A DNA stretch of 63,791 nucleotides, filler included. It is 15 parts of 15 records of this genome, joined end to end, with 100 filler letters (N's around TTAATTAATTAA, not from the genome) between each part and the next. Parts side by side here need not be neighbours in the genome. Positions count along the whole stretch, not along the records: positions 48,490 to 51,532 come from SRR11831586_2151; positions 51,633 to 54,442 come from SRR11831586_2157; positions 54,543 to 56,724 come from SRR11831586_2161; positions 56,825 to 60,701 come from SRR11831586_2163; positions 60,802 to 63,791 come from SRR11831586_2168; 10 more parts are not named here. One strand, 5' to 3'. The notes beneath the pieces are model-generated. The model was not told the DNA's origin. It saw only the letters and a program-made list of their open reading frames with translations, and made no database searches. The position numbers and the translations under genes were made by a program. This document shows, in pieces, positions 49,438-61,104 of this stretch (positions within the stretch are counted from its first letter, which is position 1; each line of letters begins with the position of its first letter).

Positions 49438-50926
49438 TTATCCGACGCTGTGTTCAAGACTGATGGCGAGGAGTTTTTGTGCTTCAACGGCAAATTCCAA
49501 CGGCAGCTCCGAGAACACGTCTTTGCAGAAACCGTTAACAATCATCGAGATGGCGTCTTCTTCGCTGATCCCGCGTTGCAGGCAGTAAAACAGTTGATCT
49601 TCACCAATACGTGATGTCGTTGCCTCGTGTTCCAGTTGCGCACTATTGTTACGACACTCAACATACGGGAAGGTATGCGCCCCACAATTAGCGCCAATCA
49701 GCATTGAGTCGCACTGAGTGAAATTGCGCGCATTGGTTGCCGTCGGCATGATTTTCACTAAGCCGCGATAACTGTTCTGACTATGTCCGGCAGAGATCCC
49801 TTTCGAGATAATGGTCGATTTGGTGTTTTTACCGATGTGGATCATCTTGGTGCCGGTATCCGCTTGCTGATGACCGCTGGTCAGCGCCACTGAGTAAAAC
49901 TCACCAATGGAGTTATCGCCGCGCAAAATGCAGCTGGGATATTTCCACGTAATCGCTGACCCGGTTTCTGATTGCGTCCATGACATTTTGCTGTTTTCGC
50001 CTTCGCACAAAGCACGCTTGGTGACGAAGTTGAGAATACCGCCGGTGTTGTTATCGCCAGGAAACCAGTTTTGTACCGTGGAATATTTCACCTCGGCGTT
50101 TTTATGGATGATGACTTCCACCACTGCCGCGTGTAACTGATAGCTGTCACGCACCGGAGCGGAACAGCCTTCAATGTAGCTGACGTAGCTGTCTTCGTCG
50201 GCCACCAGAATGGTGCGCTCAAACTTGCCCGGTTTTTTCTGCGTTAATGCGAAAATAGGTGGAAAGTTCCATCGGGCAGCGCACGCCTTTAGGCACATAA
50301 ATAAACGTACCATCAGAGGCTACCGCCGCATTAAGCGCGGCAAAGAAGTTGTCATTCCCCGGCACCACGGTGCCGAGATATTTACGCACCAGTTCCGGGT
50401 GATCGTGGATCGCCTCACCAAAGGAACAGAAAATAATTCCCTGCTCCGCCAGTTTTTCGCGATAAGTAGTGGCAACCGAAACTGAGTCGAAAATGGCATC
50501 CACCGCCACCTCTTTGCCTTCCCGCACGGGAACGCCCAACTGCTCAAACGCCGCCTCCACCTCTTTACTTAAAAAGGCGTTCGCGCCAGTTTGCTGCACC
50601 GCGCCAGGTTCAGACGCGCAAGTGTCGTCACAATTACCGCACGATGGTGCTGAGTAGTAGCTGTAATCCTGATAATTCAGCTTGTCGTAGTGCGCTTTCA
50701 ACCAGTGCGGTTCTTCCATCTCCAGCCATGCGCGATAGGCGTTTAGACGAAACTCCAGCATCCACTCCGGCTCATTACGCTTCGCCGAAATTGCGCGCAC
50801 CACCTCTTCGTTTATCCCCTTTGCCAGCTCATCGGTGGCTAACTGGGTGAAGAATCCTTCTTTATAATTCAGCGGGCCGCCGGTCCAGGTTTTGACATCG
50901 TCAGTTGCTTCAGTATTACGAGACAT
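49438..50926 (-). CDS. sufB: Fe-S scaffold SufB, split by a +1 frameshift near 50225 (probable sequencing error)
   Basis: Halves join as AEKTGQFERTIL when CAAG is read as CAG; span 1489 = 3n+1. Confidence 0.94.
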
Positions 50927-50934
50927 AGTACCGC

Positions 50935-51303
50935 CTATACCCCAAAGCTTTCGCCACAGCCACATTCATTCTGGGCTTTAGGGTTGTGAAATTTGAATAT
51001 CTGATTAAGTCCTTCACGAACGAAATCGACTTCCGTGCCATCAATAAACGGCATCGCTTGCAGCGGGACAAACAGCTTCGCGCCGTCGTGTTCAAACAGC
51101 AGATCGTCTTTGTCCGGCTCGCTAACACTGTCGAGCACATAGCCAAAGCCCGCGCAGCCCGTTTGCTTCACGCCTAAGCGCACGCCGACCATACCCGGCT
51201 GCTTTGCCACCAGCTCACGGATGTGTATCGCCGCTGCGGGTGTCAGCGTTAAGCCTTGCCAGGCGAAATCTTGTGGGTTAAAGGTTCCTGAATGCATGTC
51301 CAT
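50935..51303 (-). CDS. sufA: A-type Fe-S carrier SufA
   Basis: GCAG and CGCGESF motifs. Confidence 0.98.
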   Translation of the reverse strand: MDMHSGTFNPQDFAWQGLTLTPAAAIHIRELVAKQPGMVGVRLGVKQTGCAGFGYVLDSVSEPDKDDLLFEHDGAKLFVPLQAMPFIDGTEVDFVREGLNQIFKFHNPKAQNECGCGESFGV

Positions 51304-51346
51304 CGATTTACCTCACTTCATCGCTTTCAGCGTATAACAGCATGTT

Positions 51347-51365
51347 AGTGATAATGATTATCAGT
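51347..51365. promoter_or_regulatory. Fur box in the sufA promoter
   Basis: TGATAATGATTATCA palindrome about 45-60 nt upstream of the sufA start. Confidence 0.85.
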
Positions 51366-51632
51366 TCAACCCAGCAAACGCAGGGGCTTTACCGTAAAAC
51401 ATGCTTTTTGCCTGCTTTTAATAAGCATAGACCCTGATGTGTGGGTTAACAGGCACGCTAAGAATTAGGTATCTCATTGTTAGATAATGGTTATTATCTA
51501 AGGAGCATTAAGGCTGTGATGAAAAAGAAAAANNNNNNNNNNNNNNNNNNNNNNNNNNNNNNNNNNNNNNNNNNNNTTAATTAATTAANNNNNNNNNNNN
51601 NNNNNNNNNNNNNNNNNNNNNNNNNNNNNNNN

Positions 51633-52921
51633 TTATTTTTTCTAAAATATTAGGCATGAAGGCAGGCGATTGCTTTAAAGCGGGTCTGCATATCGGGATT
51701 GGCTTTGTTGGCATTGGCCTTGTGATTGGCTTAATGCTGGATTCCATTGGCCCGGCGGCGAAAGCGATGGCGGAAAATTTCGACCTGAATCTGCATGTGG
51801 TCGATGTTGGCTGGCCGGGCTCTTCACCAATGACCTGGGCGTCGCAAATTGCGCTGGTGGCGATTCCGATTGCGATTCTGGTTAACGTGGCGATGTTACT
51901 GACCCGTATGACGCGGGTGGTAAATGTTGATATCTGGAATATCTGGCATATGACCTTCACCGGCGCGTTGCTGCATCTGGCAACCGGTTCATGGATGATA
52001 GGGATGGCAGGTGTGGTAATTCACGCGGCGTTTGTTTATAAGCTCGGCGACTGGTTTGCCCGCGATACCCGAAATTTCTTTGAGCTGGAAGGTATTGCTA
52101 TTCCGCACGGTACGTCGGCGTATATGGGGCCGATTGCGGTGCTGGTCGATGCTATCATCGAGAAAATCCCAGGCGTTAACCGAATTAAATTTAGCGCCGA
52201 CGATATTCAGCGCAAATTTGGTCCATTTGGCGAGCCTGTCACCGTGGGTTTTGTGATGGGGCTGATTATCGGCATCCTCGCGGGTTACGATGTCAAAGGT
52301 GTATTGCAGCTGGCGGTAAAAACGGCGGCAGTGATGCTGCTAATGCCACGGGTGATTAAACCCATCATGGATGGTTTAACGCCCATCGCTAAGCAAGCTC
52401 GTAGTCGTTTACAGGCGAAGTTCGGCGGTCAGGAGTTCCTGATTGGCCTTGATCCGGCGTTGCTGCTGGGACATACGGCGGTGGTATCGGCAAGCCTGAT
52501 TTTTATCCCACTCACCATTTTAATTGCTGTTTGTGTGCCGGGTAATCAGGTGCTGCCGTTTGGCGATCTTGCCACCATCGGCTTCTTCGTGGCGATGGCG
52601 GTCGCCGTGCATCGTGGAAATCTGTTCCGCACCTTAATCTCGGGTGTCATCATTATGAGCATCACCCTGTGGATCGCGACGCAAACTATTGGTTTGCACA
52701 CCCAACTGGCGGCTAATGCTGGGGCGTTAAAAGCCGGGGGTATGGTGGCTTCAATGGATCAGGGCGGTTCTCCCATTACCTGGTTACTGATTCAGGTTTT
52801 CTCCCCGCAAAATATTCCCGGTTTCATTATTATCGGTGCAATTTATCTGACCGGTATTTTCATGACCTGGCGTAGAGCGCGTGGCTTTATTAAACAAGAG
52901 AAAGTCGTTCTCGCAGAATAA
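51633..52921 (+). CDS. gatC: Galactitol PTS IIC (5'-truncated, frame intact)
   Basis: DVGWP, NVDIWN, IGLDPA; upstream of gatD. Confidence 0.96.
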
Positions 52922-52968
52922 TTTTTACCTGAGGGGGAGGTTATCCCCCTTAACAATCAGGAGTTTTT

Positions 52969-54009
52969 ATGAAATCAGTGGTGAATGATACTGATGGTAT
53001 CGTGCGCGTTGCAGAAAGCGTCATTCCTGAAATTAAACATCAGGATGAGGTGCGGGTAAAAATTGCCAGCTCGGGCTTATGTGGTTCCGATTTACCCAGG
53101 ATATTTAAAAATGGTGCACATTATTATCCAATAACGTTAGGCCATGAATTTAGCGGCTATATTGATGCGGTGGGATCCGGTGTTGATGATTTACACCCTG
53201 GCGATGCGGTTGCCTGTGTGCCGTTATTACCCTGTTTTACTTGTCCAGAGTGTCTGAAAGGGTTTTATTCCCAGTGCGCAAAATATGATTTTATTGGCTC
53301 GCGGCGTGATGGTGGATTTGCTGAATATATTGTCGTTAAGCGAAAAAATGTCTTTGCTCTACCCACGGATATGCCTATTGAGGATGGGGCTTTTATTGAG
53401 CCGATTACCGTTGGTCTGCATGCTTTTCATTTAGCGCAAGGTTGTGAGAATAAAAACGTTATTATTATTGGTGCCGGAACCATTGGCCTGCTGGCCATTC
53501 AGTGCGCTGTCGCGCTGGGAGCAAAGAGTGTGACGGCGATCGACATTAGTTCAGAAAAACTGGCACTGGCAAAATCTTTCGGTGCGATGCAAACATTTAA
53601 CAGTAGCGAAATGAGCGCGCCGCAAATGCAGAGCGTTTTACGCGAACTGCGCTTTAATCAGCTTATCCTCGAGACGGCTGGCGTACCGCAAACTGTCGAA
53701 CTGGCGGTAGAGATTGCCGGTCCTCATGCCCAACTGGCGCTGGTGGGCACGTTGCATCAGGATCTGCATTTAACATCGGCAACGTTTGGCAAAATATTGC
53801 GTAAAGAGCTGACGGTTATCGGCAGTTGGATGAACTACTCCAGCCCTTGGCCGGGGCAGGAGTGGGAAACGGCGAGCCGGTTGCTGACAGAACGTAAGTT
53901 AAGCCTGGAGCCATTAATCGCTCACCGTGGAAGCTTTGAAAGCTTCGCCCAGGCGGTGCGTGACATCGCTCGTAATGCTATGCCGGGCAAAGTGTTGCTC
54001 ATTCCCTGA
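52969..54009 (+). CDS. gatD: Galactitol-1-phosphate 5-dehydrogenase
   Basis: CGSD, GHE, GAGTIG zinc-ADH motifs. Confidence 0.97.
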   Translation: MKSVVNDTDGIVRVAESVIPEIKHQDEVRVKIASSGLCGSDLPRIFKNGAHYYPITLGHEFSGYIDAVGSGVDDLHPGDAVACVPLLPCFTCPECLKGFYSQCAKYDFIGSRRDGGFAEYIVVKRKNVFALPTDMPIEDGAFIEPITVGLHAFHLAQGCENKNVIIIGAGTIGLLAIQCAVALGAKSVTAIDISSEKLALAKSFGAMQTFNSSEMSAPQMQSVLRELRFNQLILETAGVPQTVELAVEIAGPHAQLALVGTLHQDLHLTSATFGKILRKELTVIGSWMNYSSPWPGQEWETASRLLTERKLSLEPLIAHRGSFESFAQAVRDIARNAMPGKVLLIP

Positions 54010-54010
54010 A

Positions 54011-54039
54011 ACCGCGGGCCAGCGTGATGCTGGCCCGGT
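54011..54039 (+). terminator. Hairpin after gatD
   Basis: GGGCCAGC-GTGAT-GCTGGCCC. Confidence 0.6.
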
Positions 54040-54108
54040 ATTGTGCAAAACAGATCATTCACCAATGGTCCCCCTTCGTTTACACTAGCCACAATTGAAT
54101 ATGGGTAA

Positions 54109-54413
54109 ATGACGATGAATTCATTCGAGCGAAGGAATAAGATCATCCAATTAGTGAATGAACAGGGAACCGTGCTTGTTCAGGATCTGGCGGGAGTATT
54201 TGCTGCCTCGGAAGCGACAATCCGTGCCGATTTGCGCTTTCTCGAACAAAAAGGCGTGGTTACGCGCTTTCATGGCGGTGCGGCGAAAATAATGTCTGGT
54301 AATAGTGAAACCGAGACCCAGGAAGTCGGGTTTAAAGAGCGATTTCAGCTCGCCAGCGCGCCAAAAAACAGAATAGCGCAGGCGGCAGTCAAAATGATCC
54401 ACGAAGGGATGAC
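54109..54413 (+). pseudogene. gatR: DeoR-family repressor GatR interrupted by IS3
   Basis: DeoR HTH SEATIRADL; coding sequence runs into the IS3 inverted repeat. Confidence 0.9.
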
Positions 54414-54442
54414 TGATCCTACCCACGTAATATGGACACAGG
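54414..54442. mobile_element. IS3 terminal inverted repeat (contig breaks inside the element)
   Basis: TGATCCTACCCACGTAATATGGACACAGG recognised as an IS3 end. Confidence 0.88.
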
Positions 54443-54542
54443 NNNNNNNNNNNNNNNNNNNNNNNNNNNNNNNNNNNNNNNNNNNNTTAATTAATTAANN
54501 NNNNNNNNNNNNNNNNNNNNNNNNNNNNNNNNNNNNNNNNNN

Positions 54543-54571
54543 ATAAGACGCGTCAAGCGTCGCATCAGGCA
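54543..54571. repeat. REP element (partial)
   Basis: ATAAGACGCGTCAAGCGTCGCATCAGGCA. Confidence 0.85.
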
Positions 54572-54591
54572 CAAATGTCTAATGCCTACGA

Positions 54592-55485
54592 CTACAGCGA
54601 AATACAGGTCCCCGCTTCGCCCGCCAGCGTCTCTTCAATTCGCGATAACGCCCCAATCCACGCGGGTTTACCACGGCTTCTGACATAACCACTCACCGCC
54701 GTTACATTCGGCCCCATCGAACCATCGGCTTTGGCAAATGGCGCTAACTCATCCGGTGTGGCATGGCGAATGGCACGTTGCTGCGGCGTTCCCCAGTTTT
54801 CATATACCGCATCAGCATCGGTGAGGATCACCAGTCCATCTGCATTAATCTGCTCGGCGAGCAACGCAGCGGCGAGATCTTTATCAATCACTGCTTCACT
54901 CCCTGCTCCGTCATCCGTCACAGGCACACCGCCGCCGCCACTGCAAATCACCACATGCCCCTCTTTGAGCAACAACTCGATGGCTTCGCTGTCGAGAATT
55001 TTACGCGGTTGCGGAGACGCCACCACCCGGCGCAAATATTTACCATCACGTTTCATCTGCCAGCCGTAAGCCGCTTCCAGTGCCTCTTGTTCTTCTGGCT
55101 GATAAACCGGACCAATAAATTTCTCTGGCTGCAAAAACGCCGGATCATCAGGCGAAACCTCAATGCGCGTCAGCACCGTCGTCACGGGCGGCATCTGCGG
55201 CTGTGCGCTCAAACTCTGCGCCAGCATATAGCCAATCATCCCCTGGCTTTCCGCAACCAGCACATCCAGCGGATACGGTTCTACCTCTTTCCACGCCAGA
55301 TTCTGCAATGCCAGCAGCCCCACCTGCGGCCCGTTGCCGTGAACAATCGCCAACCGATAAGAACGGGCCAGGCGTGCCAGCGCGGGTACAGCACTGGCGA
55401 TATTGCGATATTGATTTTCTGCCGTCAGCGCCTCACCGCGCTGGAGTAAGGCGTTGCCCCCAAGAGCCACAACCAGTGTTTTCAT
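54592..55485 (-). CDS. ybcF: Carbamate kinase (allantoin cluster)
   Basis: [21 protein letters not shown]. Confidence 0.95.
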
Positions 55486-56297
55486 GGTTTTCCTTGTAAT
55501 AATTGTTGGCCAAGCCAGAACCCCAGCAGCGTATCTGCCCCTGACGTATGCCCCAGCGCCAGCAGCGAATCAATCGCAACAGCGGTACGTTTCGGGCAAC
55601 TCAGAGCATGAACAAAGTGCAGGAGTGGCGAGGCGAAATATCCTTGCGCGGCATAACGTAAATAACTGACGCTCACCGCTGTGGTAACGAGTTGCAGATT
55701 GTCGGAACAGGCAAAAAACGGACGACCGGAGCGCGCATCTAAAGCGCCATAATACCAGGCCGCCAGCAGCATTCCGCTCAGCGTGTCATCATGACTCGGC
55801 GTTAATCCGGGGCCTTTACCCAGCCAGTGCCGCCAGTCGGTCTTAACGCCATTGAGCGCGGCCTGAAAACAGTGACGAAACTGGCGTAACTCAGCAGGCA
55901 GCGGATCGCTTGCCGCCAACGCCAGTGGCCCGAAAAGCCCGGTTTCCTCCGCGCGTTGCATCCATGCAGCTGCAAGTGGTTGAGGATGCGCAGGCGGCGT
56001 AATACGCAGCAAACAATAACGCTGTGGCTGTTTAACCGTGAAACGCCCGAGGCGAATCCCTTGAGCCACAACCTGTGGTCGTTCATTGCCGCATAATCCA
56101 CCGCATAACGCATCGAATTGCGCACGGCGAAGCACCCATCCTCCGGGGCCGAAACCACTACCCTGACGATGCAACGTTAACAGTTCGCCGCTTTCCGTCA
56201 TCAGGTTAATCGCCCGCCGCCACACTCCCGCTAACCGCCAGGACTGGCGATAATTCGGTGCGCTACTACTGGCAAGCAGAGGATGGATGATCGTCAT
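55482..56297 (-). CDS. ylbF: DUF2877 protein YlbF
   Basis: [23 protein letters not shown]. Confidence 0.92.
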
Positions 56298-56307
56298 TGC
56301 GCGTTCC

Positions 56308-56724
56308 TCAACCAATACCCATGCTTTCAGCCAGTGCTTCCAGCGCCTGTTCAAAGCACGCCAGCGGTGCCCGCACGGTGCCTGCGCCAATCTGCCCGAT
56401 CCCCGCCTCTTTATGGGCGATACCGGTATTGATGAGTGGCGTAATGCCGGTTTCTACCACGCGACGAATGTCCAGCCCCAGGCACGCGCCCTGAAAATCC
56501 CAGCTTGGGATCTGCAACTGCATATTGCGTTCAAGGTAAATTTCCGCCATCTCTTCAGATACCGCTCTTGCCGCTTCCATGCCACCCGCACCGACAAAGC
56601 GCGTTACGCCAGGCGCTGCGATCATTGCCGCACCTCCGATACCAAAGGTTTCGGTAATCGCGCTATCGCCCATATCCGGGTTCGCCTGCTCCTGCGAGAA
56701 GCCGGTGAAAAACAGACCTTGCGG
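56308..56724 (-). CDS. ylbE: DUF1116 protein YlbE (3' part)
   Basis: [20 protein letters not shown]. Confidence 0.9.
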
Positions 56725-56824
56725 NNNNNNNNNNNNNNNNNNNNNNNNNNNNNNNNNNNNNNNNNNNNTTAATTAATTAANNNNNNNNNNNNNNNNNNNN
56801 NNNNNNNNNNNNNNNNNNNNNNNN

Positions 56825-57445
56825 TGGTGGCAAGACCGCAAAGCTCAGCAGGAAGAGATCACCACTATGGCCGATCAATCTTCGGCGGAACTGAGCAGTA
56901 ATAGCGAGCAGGGGCAGAGTGTTCCATTAAATACGTCGACAACTACAGACCCGGCTACAACGTCCACGCCGCCAGCGTCTGTGGATACTACCGCAACCAA
57001 CACGCAAACACCTGCCGTAACTGCGCCAGCACCAGCTGTTGATCCGCAACAGAATGCGGTTGTTTCGCCTTCGCAGGCAAATGTTGATACCGCCGCGACC
57101 CCGGCACCAACGGCAGCAACAACGCCAGATGGTGCTGCGCCGTTGCCAACCGATCAGGCTGGCGTGACCACGCCGGTGGCTGATCCGAATGCGCTGGTGA
57201 TGAACTTTACTGCCGATTGCTGGCTGGAGGTCACTGATGCTACCGGTAAAAAATTGTTTAGCGGTATGCAGCGTAAAGACGGTAATTTGAACTTAACCGG
57301 CCAGGCACCGTACAAACTGAAAATTGGTGCGCCAGCCGCAGTACAGATCCAGTATCAAGGGAAACCTGTCGATCTGAGTCGTTTTATCAGAACTAACCAG
57401 GTTGCGCGTCTGACCCTCAATGCCGAACAATCACCGGCGCAGTAA
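56825..57445 (+). CDS. rodZ: Cell shape protein RodZ (3' part)
   Basis: Thr/Pro/Ala-rich linker followed by [11 protein letters not shown] domain. Confidence 0.95.
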
Positions 57446-57471
57446 CAGACGGGTAACGCGGGAGATTTTTC

Positions 57472-58590
57472 ATGCATAACCAGGCTCCAATTCAACGTAG
57501 AAAATCAACACGTATTTACGTTGGGAATGTGCCGATTGGCGATGGTGCTCCCATCGCCGTACAGTCCATGACCAATACGCGTACGACAGACGTCGAAGCA
57601 ACGGTCAATCAAATCAAGGCGCTGGAACGCGTTGGCGCTGATATCGTCCGTGTATCCGTACCGACGATGGACGCGGCAGAAGCGTTCAAACTCATCAAAC
57701 AGCAGGTTAACGTGCCGCTGGTGGCTGACATCCACTTCGACTATCGCATTGCGCTGAAAGTAGCGGAATACGGCGTCGATTGTCTGCGTATTAACCCTGG
57801 CAATATCGGTAATGAAGAGCGTATTCGCATGGTGGTTGACTGTGCGCGCGATAAAAACATTCCGATCCGTATTGGCGTTAACGCCGGATCGCTGGAAAAA
57901 GATCTGCAAGAAAAGTATGGCGAACCGACGCCGCAGGCGTTGCTGGAATCTGCCATGCGTCATGTTGATCATCTCGATCGCCTGAACTTCGATCAGTTCA
58001 AAGTCAGCGTGAAAGCGTCTGACGTCTTCCTCGCTGTTGAGTCTTATCGTTTGCTGGCAAAACAGATCGATCAGCCGTTGCATCTGGGGATCACCGAAGC
58101 CGGTGGTGCGCGCAGCGGGGCAGTAAAATCCGCCATTGGTTTAGGTCTGCTGCTGTCTGAAGGCATCGGCGACACGCTGCGCGTATCGCTGGCGGCCGAT
58201 CCGGTCGAAGAGATCAAAGTCGGTTTCGATATTTTGAAATCGCTGCGTATCCGTTCGCGAGGGATCAACTTCATCGCCTGCCCGACCTGTTCGCGTCAGG
58301 AATTTGATGTTATCGGTACGGTTAACGCGCTGGAGCAACGCCTGGAAGATATCATCACTCCGATGGACGTTTCGATTATCGGCTGCGTGGTGAATGGCCC
58401 AGGTGAGGCGCTGGTTTCTACACTCGGCGTCACCGGCGGCAACAAGAAAAGCGGCCTCTATGAAGATGGCGTGCGCAAAGACCGTCTGGACAACAACGAT
58501 ATGATCGACCAGCTGGAAGCACGCATTCGTGCGAAAGCCAGTCAGCTGGACGAAGCGCGTCGAATTGACGTTCAGCAGGTTGAAAAATAA
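57472..58590 (+). CDS. ispG: HMBPP synthase IspG
   Basis: [21 protein letters not shown]. Confidence 0.99.
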
Positions 58591-58681
58591 TAACGTGATG
58601 GGAAGCGCCTCGCTTCCCGTGTATGATTGAACCCGCATGGCTCCCGAAACATTGAGGGAAGCGTTGAGGGTTCATTTTTAT
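58590..58681 (+). ncRNA. sroE: SroE RNA (ispG-hisS intergenic)
   Basis: Position plus hairpin GGGAAGCG-CCT-CGCTTCCC; boundaries from recall. Confidence 0.65.
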
Positions 58682-58700
58682 ATTCAGAAAGAGAATAAAC

Positions 58701-59975
58701 GTGGCAAAAAACATTCAAGCCATTCGCGGCATGAACGATTACCTGCCTGGCGAAACGGCCATCTGGCAGCGCATTGAAGGCACACTGAAAAACGTGCTCG
58801 GCAGCTACGGTTACAGTGAAATCCGCTTGCCGATTGTAGAGCAGACCCCGCTATTCAAACGTGCGATTGGTGAAGTCACCGACGTGGTTGAAAAAGAGAT
58901 GTACACCTTTGAGGATCGCAATGGCGACAGCCTGACTCTGCGCCCTGAAGGGACGGCGGGCTGTGTACGCGCCGGCATCGAGCATGGTCTTCTGTACAAT
59001 CAGGAACAGCGTCTGTGGTATATCGGGCCGATGTTCCGTCACGAGCGTCCGCAGAAAGGGCGTTATCGTCAGTTCCATCAGTTGGGCTGCGAAGTTTTCG
59101 GTCTGCAAGGTCCGGATATCGACGCTGAACTGATTATGCTCACTGCCCGCTGGTGGCGCGCGCTGGGTATTTCCGAGCACGTAACTCTTGAGCTGAACTC
59201 TATCGGTTCGCTGGAAGCACGCGCCAATTACCGCGATGCGCTGGTGGCATTCCTTGAGCAGCATAAAGAAAAGCTGGACGAAGACTGCAAACGCCGCATG
59301 TACACTAACCCGCTGCGCGTGCTGGATTCAAAAAATCCGGAAGTGCAGGCGCTTCTCAACGACGCTCCGGCATTAGGTGACTATCTGGACGAGGAATCTC
59401 GTGAGCATTTTGCCGGTCTGTGCAAACTGCTGGAGAGCGCGGGGATCGCTTACACCGTAAACCAGCGTCTGGTGCGTGGTCTGGATTACTACAACCGTAC
59501 CGTTTTCGAGTGGGTGACTAACAGTCTCGGCTCCCAGGGCACCGTGTGTGCAGGCGGTCGTTATGACGGTCTTGTGGAACAACTGGGCGGTCGTGCAACA
59601 CCGGCTGTCGGTTTTGCTATGGGCCTCGAACGTCTTGTATTGTTAGTACAGGCCGTTAATCCGGAATTTAAAGCCGATCCTGTTGTCGATATATACCTGG
59701 TGGCTTCAGGTGCTGATACACAATCTGCGGCTATGGCATTAGCTGAGCGTCTGCGTGATGAATTACCGGGCGTGAAATTGATGACCAACCACGGCGGCGG
59801 CAACTTTAAGAAACAGTTTGCCCGTGCTGATAAATGGGGTGCCCGCGTTGCTGTGGTGCTGGGTGAGTCTGAAGTGGCTAACGGCACAGCAGTAGTGAAG
59901 GATTTGCGCTCTGGTGAGCAAACGGCAGTTGCGCAGGATAGCGTAGCCGCGCATTTGCGCACGTTACTGGGTTAA
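58701..59975 (+). CDS. hisS: Histidine--tRNA ligase
   Basis: [34 protein letters not shown]. Confidence 0.99.
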
Positions 59976-59992
59976 GGAAGGAGAAGGACAGC

Positions 59993-60613
59993 GTGGAAAT
60001 TTACGAGAACGAAAACGACCAGGTAGAAGCGGTTAAACGCTTTTTTGCTGAAAATGGCAAAGCACTGGCTGTTGGGGTGATTTTGGGCGTTGGCGCACTG
60101 ATTGGCTGGCGCTACTGGAACAGCCATCAGGTTGATTCTGCACGCTCCGCTTCTCTTGCCTATCAAAATGCGGTTACCGCAGTGAGCGAAGGCAAACCGG
60201 ATAGCATCCCGGCGGCGGAAAAATTTGCTGCTGAAAATAAAAATACTTATGGTGCGCTGGCTTCTTTGGAACTTGCGCAGCAATTTGTTGACAAAAATGA
60301 ACTAGAGAAAGCTGCCGCCCAGTTACAACAGGGGCTGGCAGACACGAGCGATGAAAATCTCAAAGCCGTGATAAATCTGCGTCTTGCTCGCGTTCAGGTA
60401 CAGCTCAAGCAGGCTGATGCCGCGCTGAAAACCCTTGATACCATCAAAGGTGAAGGGTGGGCTGCCATTGTTGCCGACCTGCGTGGTGAAGCATTGCTGA
60501 GCAAAGGTGATAAGCAAGGTGCGCGTAGTGCATGGGAAGCAGGCGTGAAAAGCGATGTTACTCCGGCACTGAGCGAAATGATGCAGATGAAAATTAATAA
60601 TTTGTCCATCTGA
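59993..60613 (+). CDS. yfgM: Ancillary SecYEG subunit YfgM
   Basis: MEIYENENDQ; single TM followed by a TPR-like region. Confidence 0.96.
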   Translation: MEIYENENDQVEAVKRFFAENGKALAVGVILGVGALIGWRYWNSHQVDSARSASLAYQNAVTAVSEGKPDSIPAAEKFAAENKNTYGALASLELAQQFVDKNELEKAAAQLQQGLADTSDENLKAVINLRLARVQVQLKQADAALKTLDTIKGEGWAAIVADLRGEALLSKGDKQGARSAWEAGVKSDVTPALSEMMQMKINNLSI

Positions 60614-60623
60614 GAGGGACCCG

Positions 60624-60701
60624 ATGCAATTGCGTAAATTACTGCTGCCAGGACTGCTTTCCGTTACCCTTTTAAGCGGCTGTTCGCTGTTTAACAGCGA
60701 A
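60624..60701 (+). CDS. bamB: BamB lipoprotein (5' end)
   Basis: MQLRKLLLPGLLSVTLLSGCSLFNSE. Confidence 0.92.
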
Positions 60702-60801
60702 NNNNNNNNNNNNNNNNNNNNNNNNNNNNNNNNNNNNNNNNNNNNTTAATTAATTAANNNNNNNNNNNNNNNNNNNNNNNNNNNNNNNNNNNNNNNNNNN
60801 N

Positions 60802-61044
60802 CACCCAGTACACGGTGTCATCTTTCACATGCAAACGTAACAGACAGCGGCTCCCGCAGTTAACGGTGCAGGAACTCCAGACCGCTTTCTCTTCTACCGG
60901 AGCCTCTGCCGCCCGGACCATTTGGGAAAATGGCAGAGTGAAAGCACTGCTTGCCAGCGCAAGACTGCCAAGTGCGGAGGTTTTCATCAGACTTCTACGG
61001 CTGATTTCAGCCTTCATGAGCGCCTCTGTGGTATGGATTTTCAT
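60802..61044 (-). CDS. ynfF: Molybdoenzyme YnfF (5' part)
   Basis: Tat signal SRRSLMK; CTVNCGSRC. Confidence 0.93.
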
Positions 61045-61104
61045 CATTACTCACTTATTGCTTTTCAAACAAAATGTCATGCCAGAATTTATGGTTGTCG
61101 TGGG

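Noticed and set aside
49438..50926. sufB, sfmD and ynfE as true pseudogenes or programmed frameshifts
   Set aside because: Each has a single-base overcall pattern, with no slippery-site architecture and no other decay.
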